64,000 nucleotides of DNA from the IMG/VR virus record IMGVR_UViG_3300011116_001227; one strand, given 5' to 3'. Positions 37,183 to 48,201 of the stretch are shown here, in pieces. Source of the DNA: a virus. Taxonomy: Duplodnaviria; Caudoviricetes. Numbering within the stretch: position 1 is the stretch's first letter; every line of letters starts with the position of its first letter. The notes below the pieces were generated by a model that worked only from the letters and a program-made list of their open reading frames with translations, ran no database searches and had not been told where the DNA came from. The position numbers and the translations under genes were made by a program.

Positions 37183-37221
37183 TCGATGATTGTTGACACA
37201 GATTGACTTATGTAAATCTTT

Positions 37222-37641
37222 TTAAATAAGACCCATATTCTTTAATTCAATTTCTGTCAATATTACGTAAGTGGCTCCGAATGTTTCGCACCAGGCTTGA
37301 GCAGCTGTAGTCTTCTTCTTCACTATAGCTTGCTCAAGCTTTCTTTTTTGTTTGATCTCTATTACTTTTTTAGATCCATCAGAAAATTCAACATAAAAAT
37401 CCGGAAAGTATCTTCGTATTTTTTTAGTCTTTTGATTAGAGACATATTCTATCACTAATTTTTCATAAGTCCAAGAAGAGACGTCAGGATTCTCGTCTAG
37501 ATGAATCATGTATTTCTGTTCCCAGCCAGATCTAAAATTGTATTGAATGCCAGACTTTGTCGAAGAATACGTGCCTCTATGATATCGACTGCGTTTCTTC
37601 TTTTTGCGTGATTTTTTTGGCATACAAAATTTAGCTGTCAA
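37222..37641 (-). CDS. Head completion nuclease (T4 gp4-like, TnsA N-terminal fold)
   Basis: RSGWE, YEKLVIEY, RRYFPDFYV, IEIK, AAQAWC. Confidence 0.8.
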   Translation of the reverse strand: MTAKFCMPKKSRKKKKRSRYHRGTYSSTKSGIQYNFRSGWEQKYMIHLDENPDVSSWTYEKLVIEYVSNQKTKKIRRYFPDFYVEFSDGSKKVIEIKQKRKLEQAIVKKKTTAAQAWCETFGATYVILTEIELKNMGLI

Positions 37642-40153
37642 AAGAAATCTTAAAGAGAATCTTGTCTCCAGATCTCTTAATGATCGGCTGCGCTAATTTA
37701 GCTTTAGCTATTACATTCATGTTTTCATCATGAAAATTCACGCCGGTCACGTAAATGAATTTATCTTTATCAGTCGGATCCCCCGAAGCTCTCATTGTCT
37801 CTTGACTGAGATTATATGAAGGATTAGAAGAAGAATTTAGCATTCCTGAGTCAGCTAAAATTTCGTACTTCGTTGAATAGATGTTACTAACACCCTTAAA
37901 AGAAATCTCATATTGATTTTTTCCAAAGAAGTAGAGATGTGGACTCTTAATAAGAATTATACCTTCATCGTAGAAGATATTACCTACACTGTTCTGTGTC
38001 GCGCAAGATGTGTCTGAGTCAGCTCTATAGAGATTTCCTAAACTATCGTCTTTTAATGTGACTCCGACAGTTCCTTCAGACCCAGATATAGCTGTGTCAG
38101 AAATAGAAAAGCTTCCTGGAAGAATTCTTCTTCCATAATAAAGATTACTGATATTAAAGATAGTCACCTGATTTGACGATGGCTCTCTTAGAGTTTTAAA
38201 GATAGTTAACGGTAAATTTTTCTGTACTCCTCTATCGAAAGAAGCATCATCTACAGATGCTGAAAGCTGATCATATATTTTTTGATAATAAGTCTCTGAT
38301 CCTGGACCTGGTGGTAAACCAGCATATTCAGCATTAGCACCATAAATTGATTTATTAAATTCAATTGCATTTGAGAGAGAAGGATCGTATTGTCCTAATC
38401 CGCTTCCGCTCAGAGTATCTATTGATACAAGATCGTCAAGATAAATGTAGCTCCAATCAACAGCTCCCAAAGAATTGACAAATTTACTTGTGTATTTCTC
38501 TGATTTTAGCAATTCGTAATTTGGATCAAAAGTTCCATCATCACAAGGAAGAATCGTCAAATTTCTCTTTGAAACTCCCGACATATTATATAGAGCACTA
38601 TTTGCTTCTATAGGATCAGACGTGTAATCAATAAGAGACGCTGTGAGATTCATTAATCTTGGAAACTGTGAATTAGAAAAATCCTTGCAGAAATTTTCAA
38701 GATTTATGTAATGACCATTGACTCCGAAAGCCATCGAAACATTAAAAGGATCGTCAGTTGTTCCGTCTATAGCGAAGAAGGGCGTCTGAGGTATTCCTCC
38801 AGATCCATTAACATCTCTTCTTATCGCTGATTCTTGCACAAAGAATGGAGGTAAATAGAAAGCTATTTTTGTATTGTCTAATGAGTCTATTCCAAGACCG
38901 GACAAACTAGAAGAATGAATGTCAGAATCAAGAGAATAATATCTTTTAATTGAGAGATCATGAACTTCAGCTTTAAGAGGATGTCTAAAAGAATAACTTT
39001 CAGGATTATCACGCGAAGTGTCTGAAATTAATTCAGCAACTCCATCTCTCTTTGAAGAGTTTGTAGTAAAAAAGTAGCTTTGTGAAGAATTGCCTGAATT
39101 CATTCCTTCGTAAAAGTTTCCAATACAAAGTGCAGAAGGATCACTGTGTGTATTTGAAGAAACAGGATTAATAGTTCCAGAGGGAACAACGAAGTAACCT
39201 CTATTTTTTCCATTTACTATAAATGATCCTGATCCATCGTTTAATGTATTGGTTCCCCATCTGACAACAACGTGATGCCATTTATTAAAATCAAGAACAT
39301 TGTCATCTGATAAAAATACCAAATCATTTGGATAAGATCCTTCAGCAGCTTGCGATGGAGGTATATCTGCACTGTGAAGTAATTGAAGCATTAATCTAAA
39401 AGATGAAGGTTGACCTGATGGATCTTTTAAAGATCCTGTCACAAGAGAAAGAGCATAACTTGAAGATAAATGAAAAATTGTTCCTGCTTTAAAATAAGCC
39501 TCGTCAATTCCATCTTTTTTGTATCTTGGATTGATATGAAAATCAAAAGTAAAAGCGCCAGACAAGCAGTAAGTTCCTGAAACATGACCTACTTGATCTG
39601 GTAAATTGCTATTCAAGATATTTGGGTAGACAAGAACAGACGATGTAGGAATTAATTTTGAATCTGAAGAAACGCTAAAAAAATTTAGAGAATGATAATT
39701 TGTATAAGCCCAATGAGCATGAGGATAATCAGCTCTATAGTGCTTCATTAAGATGTCTTTAATGCTATTTTTAGCAGTAGTGTACTTCGTGACATTTATA
39801 GTCGGTGTAAATCTTTCAACTTCTAGCGTGCTTATGGGTTTTAAACTAGAATCGTGAACAAGCTGTATGTATTGACCAACATTTTGTGTGATAGATTGAT
39901 TAGCTTCTCTCTTGGATCTGGAGACATTTTTTATTGCTTCATACGCAGTTTTAAAGTTTGAAACAGACCAGTTTCCGTAGTCATTACCATCAAGAAATGC
40001 TTCTCCAGTCATAATTTTTTCTGAAGAAGAAAGTCGTGGAAATACTTTTACTGATCCTGTTACGCCAGAAGATCCAGACGAGTATTCTCGTCTGGGTGTA
40101 GTAACGATTGTGAAATGTTCTACATCTTCTCTTTCAACAGGTATAATTGCCAT
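37631..40153 (-). CDS. Virion structural protein with LamG/ConA-like domain, 840 aa
   Basis: FTFDFHINP...KWHHVVVRWG...FIVNG jelly-roll pattern; C-terminal HDENMNVIAKAKLAQP domain. Confidence 0.6.
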   Translation of the reverse strand: MAIIPVEREDVEHFTIVTTPRREYSSGSSGVTGSVKVFPRLSSSEKIMTGEAFLDGNDYGNWSVSNFKTAYEAIKNVSRSKREANQSITQNVGQYIQLVHDSSLKPISTLEVERFTPTINVTKYTTAKNSIKDILMKHYRADYPHAHWAYTNYHSLNFFSVSSDSKLIPTSSVLVYPNILNSNLPDQVGHVSGTYCLSGAFTFDFHINPRYKKDGIDEAYFKAGTIFHLSSSYALSLVTGSLKDPSGQPSSFRLMLQLLHSADIPPSQAAEGSYPNDLVFLSDDNVLDFNKWHHVVVRWGTNTLNDGSGSFIVNGKNRGYFVVPSGTINPVSSNTHSDPSALCIGNFYEGMNSGNSSQSYFFTTNSSKRDGVAELISDTSRDNPESYSFRHPLKAEVHDLSIKRYYSLDSDIHSSSLSGLGIDSLDNTKIAFYLPPFFVQESAIRRDVNGSGGIPQTPFFAIDGTTDDPFNVSMAFGVNGHYINLENFCKDFSNSQFPRLMNLTASLIDYTSDPIEANSALYNMSGVSKRNLTILPCDDGTFDPNYELLKSEKYTSKFVNSLGAVDWSYIYLDDLVSIDTLSGSGLGQYDPSLSNAIEFNKSIYGANAEYAGLPPGPGSETYYQKIYDQLSASVDDASFDRGVQKNLPLTIFKTLREPSSNQVTIFNISNLYYGRRILPGSFSISDTAISGSEGTVGVTLKDDSLGNLYRADSDTSCATQNSVGNIFYDEGIILIKSPHLYFFGKNQYEISFKGVSNIYSTKYEILADSGMLNSSSNPSYNLSQETMRASGDPTDKDKFIYVTGVNFHDENMNVIAKAKLAQPIIKRSGDKILFKISFDS

Positions 40154-40172
40154 TTTAGCCTGAATCTAGACA

Positions 40173-41411
40173 TCAGAAATCAAGTCTAACTCTAAAAGTA
40201 AGATCTCTACCAGAACTCTTTTCAACTGGTCTGCTTAATTTAGCAACAGCTAGTAAGCCGCCTGAAGCATCGTATAAACCAATAGTTGTAACATAAGCAA
40301 AGGTTTCTTGTACCTCATCAGGAAGTGCAGGATCATAGATTGTGAGTCTACCTTCATTTGTTGTTCCGGCAGGCTCTACGTAAGTAGGATTAGATGAGAA
40401 ATTAAAGTCATCTGGCATTGCTCTGCAGAATATCAGCGACGAGTTGATGTTTGTAACATTTTGGAAAGTTATTGCAGTATTCGTGCTGCTTCCGAATCTT
40501 GTAAAGCAGAAATGATCAATAATGTTATCAACGCTTCCTGAAGTCATAAAATCAGGAACAAGCTTTGATTTTCCTGCAGTTTCTGTACCAGATGCTCCAA
40601 GAACAAGTTGACCAGTTGCAGTCATTGCATCAATCGTTCCAGACATAAATTGAGAACCAGATGTTATTTTCTCAATGTCGAGGACAGCAACACCATAGTC
40701 ATAATAAAGTCTTCCAACTGCTCTAGAAGTATTAGAAGCATCAACAAGGTAACCATATTGACCTCCAATACTAAAGAATTTTTGATCAGAAGAACCAATG
40801 TCTGTAAAGATCATTGATCCTGATGTTGTAGGTCTATTAAGATTGGGTTTGTTTACGTCTGTCGATGCTGTTGCAAAAAGCTTCATTGCAAAAGTCTCTC
40901 GTTTGATTTGATCTCTTGCAAAGAGTCTCTTAAACGCAATAAACATCGCAGAATCAATCTCTGTTGTTGTTGTATTAGAAGAGGTAGAAGATGCGTCTAC
41001 AGGAAGCGTAAAGACTTCAGTTCTACTTCCAAGTAGTGTTTGAGAAAATTGGCTGTATAAATCAGTTTTTTCTCTCATCATGAGAGAGCTACTTGGATAA
41101 AGATACTTCCCACCAGAATCTTGAGCTGTTGAAGCAATTGAAGCGACACCATCACTTTTTGCTTCTGGCGGTGCTAGACCGACTGTTACGTCAAATACTG
41201 GGTTCGCAGTCTGAAGAGTAAAGTCTTGATCGTAGACTGTTTGGAATAACGAAGATGTTACTCCCGGCCCGATTCCACCCGTGACGTAAACTTGATACTT
41301 TCTTCTCGATACAGATGAAGAAATGTCTTCTTGTAGTACGTCTATAAGCTGATTAAGAAAAGATCTCGTCGTTTTTTTGTCGCCTGAACCGAGCTGCTTA
41401 GATAAGGCCAT
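40173..41411 (-). CDS. Baseplate/tail structural protein, 412 aa
   Basis: C-terminal TTIGLYDASGGLLAVAKLSRPVEK, shared with the 840-aa neighbour. Confidence 0.55.
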   Translation of the reverse strand: MALSKQLGSGDKKTTRSFLNQLIDVLQEDISSSVSRRKYQVYVTGGIGPGVTSSLFQTVYDQDFTLQTANPVFDVTVGLAPPEAKSDGVASIASTAQDSGGKYLYPSSSLMMREKTDLYSQFSQTLLGSRTEVFTLPVDASSTSSNTTTTEIDSAMFIAFKRLFARDQIKRETFAMKLFATASTDVNKPNLNRPTTSGSMIFTDIGSSDQKFFSIGGQYGYLVDASNTSRAVGRLYYDYGVAVLDIEKITSGSQFMSGTIDAMTATGQLVLGASGTETAGKSKLVPDFMTSGSVDNIIDHFCFTRFGSSTNTAITFQNVTNINSSLIFCRAMPDDFNFSSNPTYVEPAGTTNEGRLTIYDPALPDEVQETFAYVTTIGLYDASGGLLAVAKLSRPVEKSSGRDLTFRVRLDF

Positions 41412-41424
41412 TTTTCCTCTTTGA

Positions 41425-42174
41425 TTATGCTACGAATGTATAAGTTGACGGGATGTCTAGCGTCACTCCATGACGATTTCCAACAACAGTCACTGATGAT
41501 GTGATAGTTCTTTCAGATGTTCCTGTTTTCTTTCCATAGACAGTCTTTGTTGTACTGTCTAAGCTTCTTACATTTATTGTGAAACCAACTGGTTGAGCTG
41601 GATCGGCTACACTTAAAACGTATGTCGCAATTCTAGAAGGATCACTAGCAACTATTGTTGATATAGCAGCATCTGAAGTTGTCAAAGTTCCGTTTACAGG
41701 ATTTGATAGAGTAAAAAATCTATCAGAAACTTTGATGTTATAAGCAGTTTGAGCAACTTCTCTAATTGCTGTAGGATCTGATGATCCTTTAATTTTTAAT
41801 GAAAGCGTTAACTGAAGCGAAGTCGTAGACTGAGCAGCAGTTGAAAGAAGAGAAACCGATGATGGATTAGAAGATAGAACAGGCATGTAGACTTGAGAAG
41901 CCGCCGTTCCAACATTTTCTCTTCCGACCAGTCTGTATTTAAGCGCAATACTTGGATTTGTGAGAGCTTCAAATACGGGAGTATTCTTTTCAATCTTTTC
42001 TTTACCTACTGCTCTTCCATACTTCTTTATCATTCTATAGTCGACTTCGTCGTCGCCTAAAGAAAAATGAGTAATATTGAAACTGCTGTTCGTTAAAGAA
42101 AGCTGTTGACGACCGTAATCTGTTAATACTGCGTCTAATATGATGTTGTTTGTTGAATGATCAAGCCATCCCAT
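41425..42174 (-). CDS. Baseplate/tail structural protein, 249 aa
   Basis: MGWLD...IILDAVLTDYGRQQL...FSLGDDEVDY N-terminal domain, related to 50640-52070. Confidence 0.55.
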   Translation of the reverse strand: MGWLDHSTNNIILDAVLTDYGRQQLSLTNSSFNITHFSLGDDEVDYRMIKKYGRAVGKEKIEKNTPVFEALTNPSIALKYRLVGRENVGTAASQVYMPVLSSNPSSVSLLSTAAQSTTSLQLTLSLKIKGSSDPTAIREVAQTAYNIKVSDRFFTLSNPVNGTLTTSDAAISTIVASDPSRIATYVLSVADPAQPVGFTINVRSLDSTTKTVYGKKTGTSERTITSSVTVVGNRHGVTLDIPSTYTFVA

Positions 42175-42275
42175 TTTATCTTCTTCCGTATATTACATCA
42201 AAATTATCAAGCTGCTTGACGAATTTTCCAATCTAATATTCTAGATAAATCTCTTGAATGTTAAATTTAACTAAA

Positions 42276-44099
42276 CTAATTATCGTCAGTCAGCTGATTT
42301 GGATCCAGAACATTAATCTTAATTATCTGCGCGATCTGATTGTCAAGATTAATAATCTGCATAAGATAATATGGTTTGTCTGATACACCTGGCTTTTGTG
42401 CTTCGACAACTCTAAAATTCTTACCTCTCTCGTCGACAACATTCAGATATTCTGGAGTGAAATAAATCTGTAATTGCTTGGTTTCGTCTCCTCCAGTATT
42501 AATAGAATCTTTGAACGCATCTATCTTTAGATTCATATTTGGATACGCTCTTGGAGATCCTTCGTCGCAGATCATTTCTATTTTAAGTTTATTTCTAAAA
42601 GGATCAAACGTAACTCGATGCTGAGAAGAATAATTTGATATTATTCCGTGAGCATCAACAGAACACAGCGCATAAATGTAAGACGTCGTTTCAAAAAATT
42701 CAGAATCAACTACGAAGTCTTTGTCAACATGTCGATAAACAGGTCCGTCAGCCTGTTTGACTAATTGCTTTAAATCAGGAGATAAATTTTCATAATTGTT
42801 AGCATCTACAACTTCTCCTGTCTTGTAACGTTGATTGTCTGGTAATCCCGGTATGGACTTATCAAATCCGTATTGTGCAATTAATTCAAATGGATTCTTT
42901 ATTGATTTTCTACGAAATACTTGAAATTGCTTTATATCGTGCTGTGGATTTACAGGAAAATCCCACATTAAAGAAACGTTATTTTTTTGATAGTCGAACA
43001 CAAATTTAATATCAATAGGAGGCGGAGGAGGTGTAAATTCAACACACGTCGTTCCTATTGATGAAGTTCTAGACACCAAGTTAATTGTCATGAACTCATA
43101 AGATTCTTTGTCGTCATTTGATAAACCTAACAAATCCAATTCAGCAACTACGCTAAGCGTGTAAACATAAGAAACTCCATACAGAACTTCTCTATCGTTG
43201 TAAGACGTTACTAAAGGATCATTTAGATATTCTACGAATTCCTTCTTTAAACCATCTCCCATCTTTTTGTATCTTGTCAAAAGATAACCTTTGATTCTGG
43301 GAGGATCATCTGCTTTTAATTGGTCTCCAGCATCATCAGACCCTCTTTTAAATGCAAAAACTTGTGGTAACTGTTGAGGATATTTTGCATTAAAAGTCTT
43401 AGCGTCTTGATAATAAGACTGAAAAATTCCAAGGCTTCCAGAAGAAGTCATCTTCTGAGAATTATTAAAAAAATCAGGAATTGCAAGTTTATGAACTTTT
43501 AAATTTAGCGTCAAAGATCTTGCTAAAGTTTTTAAAAAGTCTCTATCGTCTGTAAGATTTCCTTCATTGTCATAGACTCTAAGACCCAAAGAATCTATAG
43601 GTAAATCTGATATTGCATCATACGCATTTGCAAGAAGCTTAATTCCTTCTTTAAATTCAGAACTATTGACTCCACCTTTTTCAATAATTGACTTTAGAGC
43701 TTCTTTTGAGAGTTTTGTCTTACTCTCAATATTTTTTTGATTTAGCGAAGAATAATTTGCAAGATCAGCTGATCCTTGTTTTATAGAAGTAATATCAGAA
43801 AAATTTTGAGACAAGTACATTGGAGAAAAACCGCTGTCTTCAGATACTAGCCTTGAAAGAAGAACGTCAGTTGTCTCGTGTCCTTTGATAAATTTAAAAT
43901 TAGAAGTAGGAAGTGGATCCCAATTTAATTTGACGTATCTTGGCACTTTATCTAAAGACACAGAAGCTGCTTCTAAAGGAAGCTCAGTTACTCTTTCGTC
44001 TTCTGTGTAGTAATTGTAGACAAAGTCTCCTGAAAAATTAGTGACTTCTGGAATGTTTGCAACATAAGCAGAGTCTGATATTTTTGATTTAATCGTCAT
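42276..44099 (-). CDS. Virion structural protein with Ig/FN3-like segments, 607 aa
   Basis: YNDREVLYGVSYVYTL, PPPPIDIKF...VSLMWD...FQVFRR, YIYALCSVDAHG FN3-like patterns. Confidence 0.5.
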   Translation of the reverse strand: MTIKSKISDSAYVANIPEVTNFSGDFVYNYYTEDERVTELPLEAASVSLDKVPRYVKLNWDPLPTSNFKFIKGHETTDVLLSRLVSEDSGFSPMYLSQNFSDITSIKQGSADLANYSSLNQKNIESKTKLSKEALKSIIEKGGVNSSEFKEGIKLLANAYDAISDLPIDSLGLRVYDNEGNLTDDRDFLKTLARSLTLNLKVHKLAIPDFFNNSQKMTSSGSLGIFQSYYQDAKTFNAKYPQQLPQVFAFKRGSDDAGDQLKADDPPRIKGYLLTRYKKMGDGLKKEFVEYLNDPLVTSYNDREVLYGVSYVYTLSVVAELDLLGLSNDDKESYEFMTINLVSRTSSIGTTCVEFTPPPPPIDIKFVFDYQKNNVSLMWDFPVNPQHDIKQFQVFRRKSIKNPFELIAQYGFDKSIPGLPDNQRYKTGEVVDANNYENLSPDLKQLVKQADGPVYRHVDKDFVVDSEFFETTSYIYALCSVDAHGIISNYSSQHRVTFDPFRNKLKIEMICDEGSPRAYPNMNLKIDAFKDSINTGGDETKQLQIYFTPEYLNVVDERGKNFRVVEAQKPGVSDKPYYLMQIINLDNQIAQIIKINVLDPNQLTDDN

Positions 44100-44102
44100 A
44101 AT

Positions 44103-47100
44103 TCAACTAATGTCGTAAGGTTCTACAGTAATCCAATATTCGTCCATATAGATATCAGATTGCTGAGTTTGTCTATTCCACTTGTAGACTGCAGTCGGAC
44201 CTCCGCCTTTGACTATTTTTAGAAGTCCTTGATCAACATATTTGGCAGCGTAACCTGACGACCATTCAGCAGTTGCTATTTCAAAATCATCTGGATCGAA
44301 CATTATGTTAAATGTTCTATCAAATTTCTTAGGATACAAAATCTTCTTAACATAAGAATCAGTGTCTAGAAGAAGCGTCTCATTTTTTAAATATGATTTA
44401 ACTGATGCTTGCAAATTCTCAACTATTAAATCTAGGTTGTTAATATCAGGAGGATTGCTTCCAAACAAATTGGTTGCATCAAATTTTCCTCCTGTGGTTT
44501 TTATGTAGTTGTCGTACTGAATCGATATGTTTTTTAATTCTTCGTCAAGTCCTGAATAATTGTAATATCTTGATTCGTCTATAGAAGATCCAGTAAACCA
44601 TTTGACATATTCCTCTAAGACAAAACTAAAAACATGATTCAAGTAGATCTGAGCTCTTTCTTCTTGATTTAAAAAGTTTCCATAATTTGAAAATGCTTCA
44701 TTAAAATTCTTGTGAAGAAGAATCTTCTTTCCATCGAAATATTTCGTAGGTGCATCAAAGAAATTCTTAAATCCATTTAAGTTACCCCAATTTGATACGA
44801 TTCTAGTTGGGAATCTGTTAACTTCAAAGAGAAAAGTTTTTGGTTTAAAAACAATGCCAGGATTTAAAACATCGTTCTTGTAGACACATAGTCTAACGAC
44901 ATTTCTTCTTAAATTTTCTTCTTTAGACAGAGAAATTCCTGCAGGACTTCCAATTAAGTTTCTCAACATTCGAGGAGGTAAACCTACAGATAAAATTCGT
45001 TTATTATTTCCTTTAAAATTTGAAAATTCATCAAGATTCTTGAAGAGCTGTGACAAAGAAGTGTAAGAAATTAAGTCTATATCGTTAACAGGACAGTAAT
45101 TGATAAATTTATCCGGAAAATCTAAGAAATCTGGGAATGTCTTTAACTTTGATTCTGAATCGTTTGAAGAATCAAATCTGTCTATAAGCTCAGTCATAAT
45201 GTGTTCAGCAAGAACAATTTGCTCTCGAGAAAATGAAAGATTAGCAAGAGAAAGTCGTTGTTCTGGGCTTAACATTGTGTCTTTATTAAAGATGTCTCTT
45301 GTCGCTGTCAAATACTGCAAAAAGTTCTGCGATAAAGATGTTTTAAATGAAGATAGTTTCAAGCTAGCATTTGAAACAAACTTATCAAGCAAGTCAATCC
45401 AATTAGCTACTCTTGTAGACTCTGAGTAATAGCTTTTTGCAAAATTATCCAGCTGCTTTGGATAAATTGTCTTTCCGTCAGAAAGAACAGAAAAATAATC
45501 TTGAAGCTGATTTGCCTGAAGATCTAAGGAATAACCGCCTATCTTTACGTCTCCAGAAGCTGCTGTAAAAAATCCTTGAAATGTATCTGGAGTTATCATG
45601 GATATCATTTCAATGATTAAATTAAAGTACGTCCACAACATCCCCATCGATGTCTGATTGCCATATACAGTGTTTGTCGATGACGACTTAGTTACTGTTG
45701 ATTTAAAGATGTCACTTTGAAAAAGATTTGTCATTAATTCGACTACAATCTTAAAGAGACCTTCAACGTTACCGTCCAATCCTGTTCCAAAGTTTTTAAC
45801 GAAAGGATTGCCTTCTAAAAATAAAGCTCGAAAAACAGGATCGTCTACTAGATCAGCTATATTCTGATCAAATCCTTTGACTCTAGCTGTAGAAGTGACA
45901 GGAATATATTTTGGTATTCCTCCTTGAGAATCGTCTATGCTTTTTACGTTAAGTTTTTGACTCTTCTCAAGAAGTATTGCATCTAAAATTAACTCAGGCG
46001 TGTTGGCTTCAACATCTCCTGTATACAAAGCCCGAGCATATTCATTGCTATCAGACCAAAAATAATTGCTTCCTATTCCGCCTGGGGAGCCATATTCTGT
46101 TGATATTGCAAGTTGAGTTTCAGCAGGAGGTTCATCCTTTTTAAAACCTTTTCCTATAGTCTTTACTTTAAATTCTGAAGTAAAGGGTAGATAATTGACA
46201 GATGTTCCTGGAAAAGATTTTTTGTAGGCTTCTCTTACTAAGATTTGAAAAAGAACTAGCGCGAGTTTTCTATGTAATTTGGCAAATTTAAATATAGCTG
46301 CTGGAAGAACAAACCACGATTGCCACGGAATTCCTTGATCTTTTAGATAAAGCGCATCTTTTCTTAATTGTGAATCTACGGCTACATTGCCAGCTGCATC
46401 AATAGTTAAAAAACTTTGATAAGCGTTGATAAGAGGTTGAAGAGCATTCAATAGATTGTCTATAGGATCATCTACTTCGCTTGATCTCTCGTCAAGCATC
46501 TTGTAAATATCCTTTTCACCTGATCCTGGTGTTCCTGAATAGATTTGCTTGATTAACTTAATTGACTCTTTAGACTGTTTTAAAGAAGATAAAAGAAAAT
46601 CTAAACGAGATGTATCAAATTTTTCAAGATTATTTGTGCTTAATGCACTGTCGATATAAAAGAATGATCCATGTGTTAAACCGTACTGAGAATCATTTAT
46701 CAGAGGCATATCTGAAGTTTCAAAAGTTAAAACACTGTATTCTTTGCTTTTATTGTCTTCGCTAGTGACAGTATTTTTGGACCTTGATAGTCCAAGCAAT
46801 GAAGGATCTGGATTGACTATGCCTGTAGTAGTTCCTGCAAGTTGATTCGAAGCAAAAGAAAGATCTAAAGAATCTCTTAAAAATTTTGGTCCTATTAGAG
46901 AGTTCCATACTTCATAATTCGTTGAGCCTTCAGCAAGATTAACAGCGTAGTTTAAAGTTGAAAGATCTTGTTGAATTGTTGAATTTTTTAGTCCTCTAGA
47001 AAAAACGACAAATTTTGAAAAAAGTGTTGCTATTGTTTCTATATTAGAATTTATGCTTCCGTCAGAATTGATTGCAAAATTATCATCTAAAGATGCTAAA

Positions 47101-48200
47101 GTAATTGGATCATTACTGTATTGATCTCCATTTATTGCATTAGCAAGATCTACAACAGTTAATTGTGCAATTGATTCAAGCGTTAGAGTATCTTGTTTTT
47201 TTAGATAAACTCTCTTAAATAGTAGACCTGGATCTGTAAGATCAGATTTGGTTTGTGGAACTAACACTCCATTTGAATTTATAGAAAATAGTCCTCTTAA
47301 TTTGTACGTCTCGTCATACTCGCCTTGCAATAAAGGTAAACTGCTTATAGAATTATTCAAGTATGGAGTGTGAGTTAATAATGCTCTTTTTGTTTCCAGT
47401 ATGAATTGTTGATACAGAACTGTAGGAGATAATTTTTTAGTTTGATCTCCCCAGCCAATGTCTCTCAAGTAAGATTCAAAACCCTGAAAAGAGTCTGCTA
47501 AAACTTGAGATACAGCTTTAGACGACAATATTTTTATATTGTTGTTCGGATTTGCGGAAGAAATCATTCCAGAAAGTCCAATTCCACTTCCTGCTCCTTC
47601 GTTTGGAGACCCACTTCCAGCCTGGGCTTTATTGCTTGGAATAAAGTATGGTTTCGCAATATGAGAAAAATTCTTTACGTCAAGTGCACCAATAGCTTCA
47701 GTAAGCGACTTTAAAAGAATAGTAGTTCTATCAGTTTGAGATTTTGCAAAATCAACAAGCTTTTTCTTGTTAGATTCTACAAGTTTTTTTGTTTCTTCGT
47801 TTTTTGTTAAAACTGTAATAGAATTTTTAGCAGTTAAAATTATAGATTTTTCTTTTACGTTAAGTGCGTAATCTCTTTCCGAAGAATTTATAGAACCTTT
47901 TATAGGTAAAAATTCAGAAGAAATAATTATTGTAGGCGTATCTTGTGATAGACCAGTATTAATTGTAAAAGTTTCGCTAGTCGTATTAGGAATTCCTGCA
48001 TTTTGAACTTTTATATCTTTGTTGTAAAGATCAGAAATACCTCCGCCAGCTTCTTGAAAATTAGTTTGATCGTATGTTTGTTCTAATTTTAAAGAATCAT
48101 CAGAATTAGCCTGTGTACTTTTTTGATCAGTAACATGTATAGAAGAAGTCTTGACGATATTGTTGCTTAACTTTGTGACTTTTCCAACTTTTATAGGCAT
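44103..48200 (-). CDS. Large hypothetical virion/baseplate protein, 1365 aa
   Basis: Long uninterrupted ORF within the structural block; no catalytic motif recognised. Confidence 0.55.
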   Translation of the reverse strand: MPIKVGKVTKLSNNIVKTSSIHVTDQKSTQANSDDSLKLEQTYDQTNFQEAGGGISDLYNKDIKVQNAGIPNTTSETFTINTGLSQDTPTIIISSEFLPIKGSINSSERDYALNVKEKSIILTAKNSITVLTKNEETKKLVESNKKKLVDFAKSQTDRTTILLKSLTEAIGALDVKNFSHIAKPYFIPSNKAQAGSGSPNEGAGSGIGLSGMISSANPNNNIKILSSKAVSQVLADSFQGFESYLRDIGWGDQTKKLSPTVLYQQFILETKRALLTHTPYLNNSISSLPLLQGEYDETYKLRGLFSINSNGVLVPQTKSDLTDPGLLFKRVYLKKQDTLTLESIAQLTVVDLANAINGDQYSNDPITLASLDDNFAINSDGSINSNIETIATLFSKFVVFSRGLKNSTIQQDLSTLNYAVNLAEGSTNYEVWNSLIGPKFLRDSLDLSFASNQLAGTTTGIVNPDPSLLGLSRSKNTVTSEDNKSKEYSVLTFETSDMPLINDSQYGLTHGSFFYIDSALSTNNLEKFDTSRLDFLLSSLKQSKESIKLIKQIYSGTPGSGEKDIYKMLDERSSEVDDPIDNLLNALQPLINAYQSFLTIDAAGNVAVDSQLRKDALYLKDQGIPWQSWFVLPAAIFKFAKLHRKLALVLFQILVREAYKKSFPGTSVNYLPFTSEFKVKTIGKGFKKDEPPAETQLAISTEYGSPGGIGSNYFWSDSNEYARALYTGDVEANTPELILDAILLEKSQKLNVKSIDDSQGGIPKYIPVTSTARVKGFDQNIADLVDDPVFRALFLEGNPFVKNFGTGLDGNVEGLFKIVVELMTNLFQSDIFKSTVTKSSSTNTVYGNQTSMGMLWTYFNLIIEMISMITPDTFQGFFTAASGDVKIGGYSLDLQANQLQDYFSVLSDGKTIYPKQLDNFAKSYYSESTRVANWIDLLDKFVSNASLKLSSFKTSLSQNFLQYLTATRDIFNKDTMLSPEQRLSLANLSFSREQIVLAEHIMTELIDRFDSSNDSESKLKTFPDFLDFPDKFINYCPVNDIDLISYTSLSQLFKNLDEFSNFKGNNKRILSVGLPPRMLRNLIGSPAGISLSKEENLRRNVVRLCVYKNDVLNPGIVFKPKTFLFEVNRFPTRIVSNWGNLNGFKNFFDAPTKYFDGKKILLHKNFNEAFSNYGNFLNQEERAQIYLNHVFSFVLEEYVKWFTGSSIDESRYYNYSGLDEELKNISIQYDNYIKTTGGKFDATNLFGSNPPDINNLDLIVENLQASVKSYLKNETLLLDTDSYVKKILYPKKFDRTFNIMFDPDDFEIATAEWSSGYAAKYVDQGLLKIVKGGGPTAVYKWNRQTQQSDIYMDEYWITVEPYDIS

Positions 48201-48201
48201 G

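Noticed and set aside
37222-37641. Tn7-like transposon (TnsA)
   Set aside because: The TnsA-like fold is shared with T4 gp4 head completion nuclease; no tnsB/tnsC or terminal repeats; structural-gene context.
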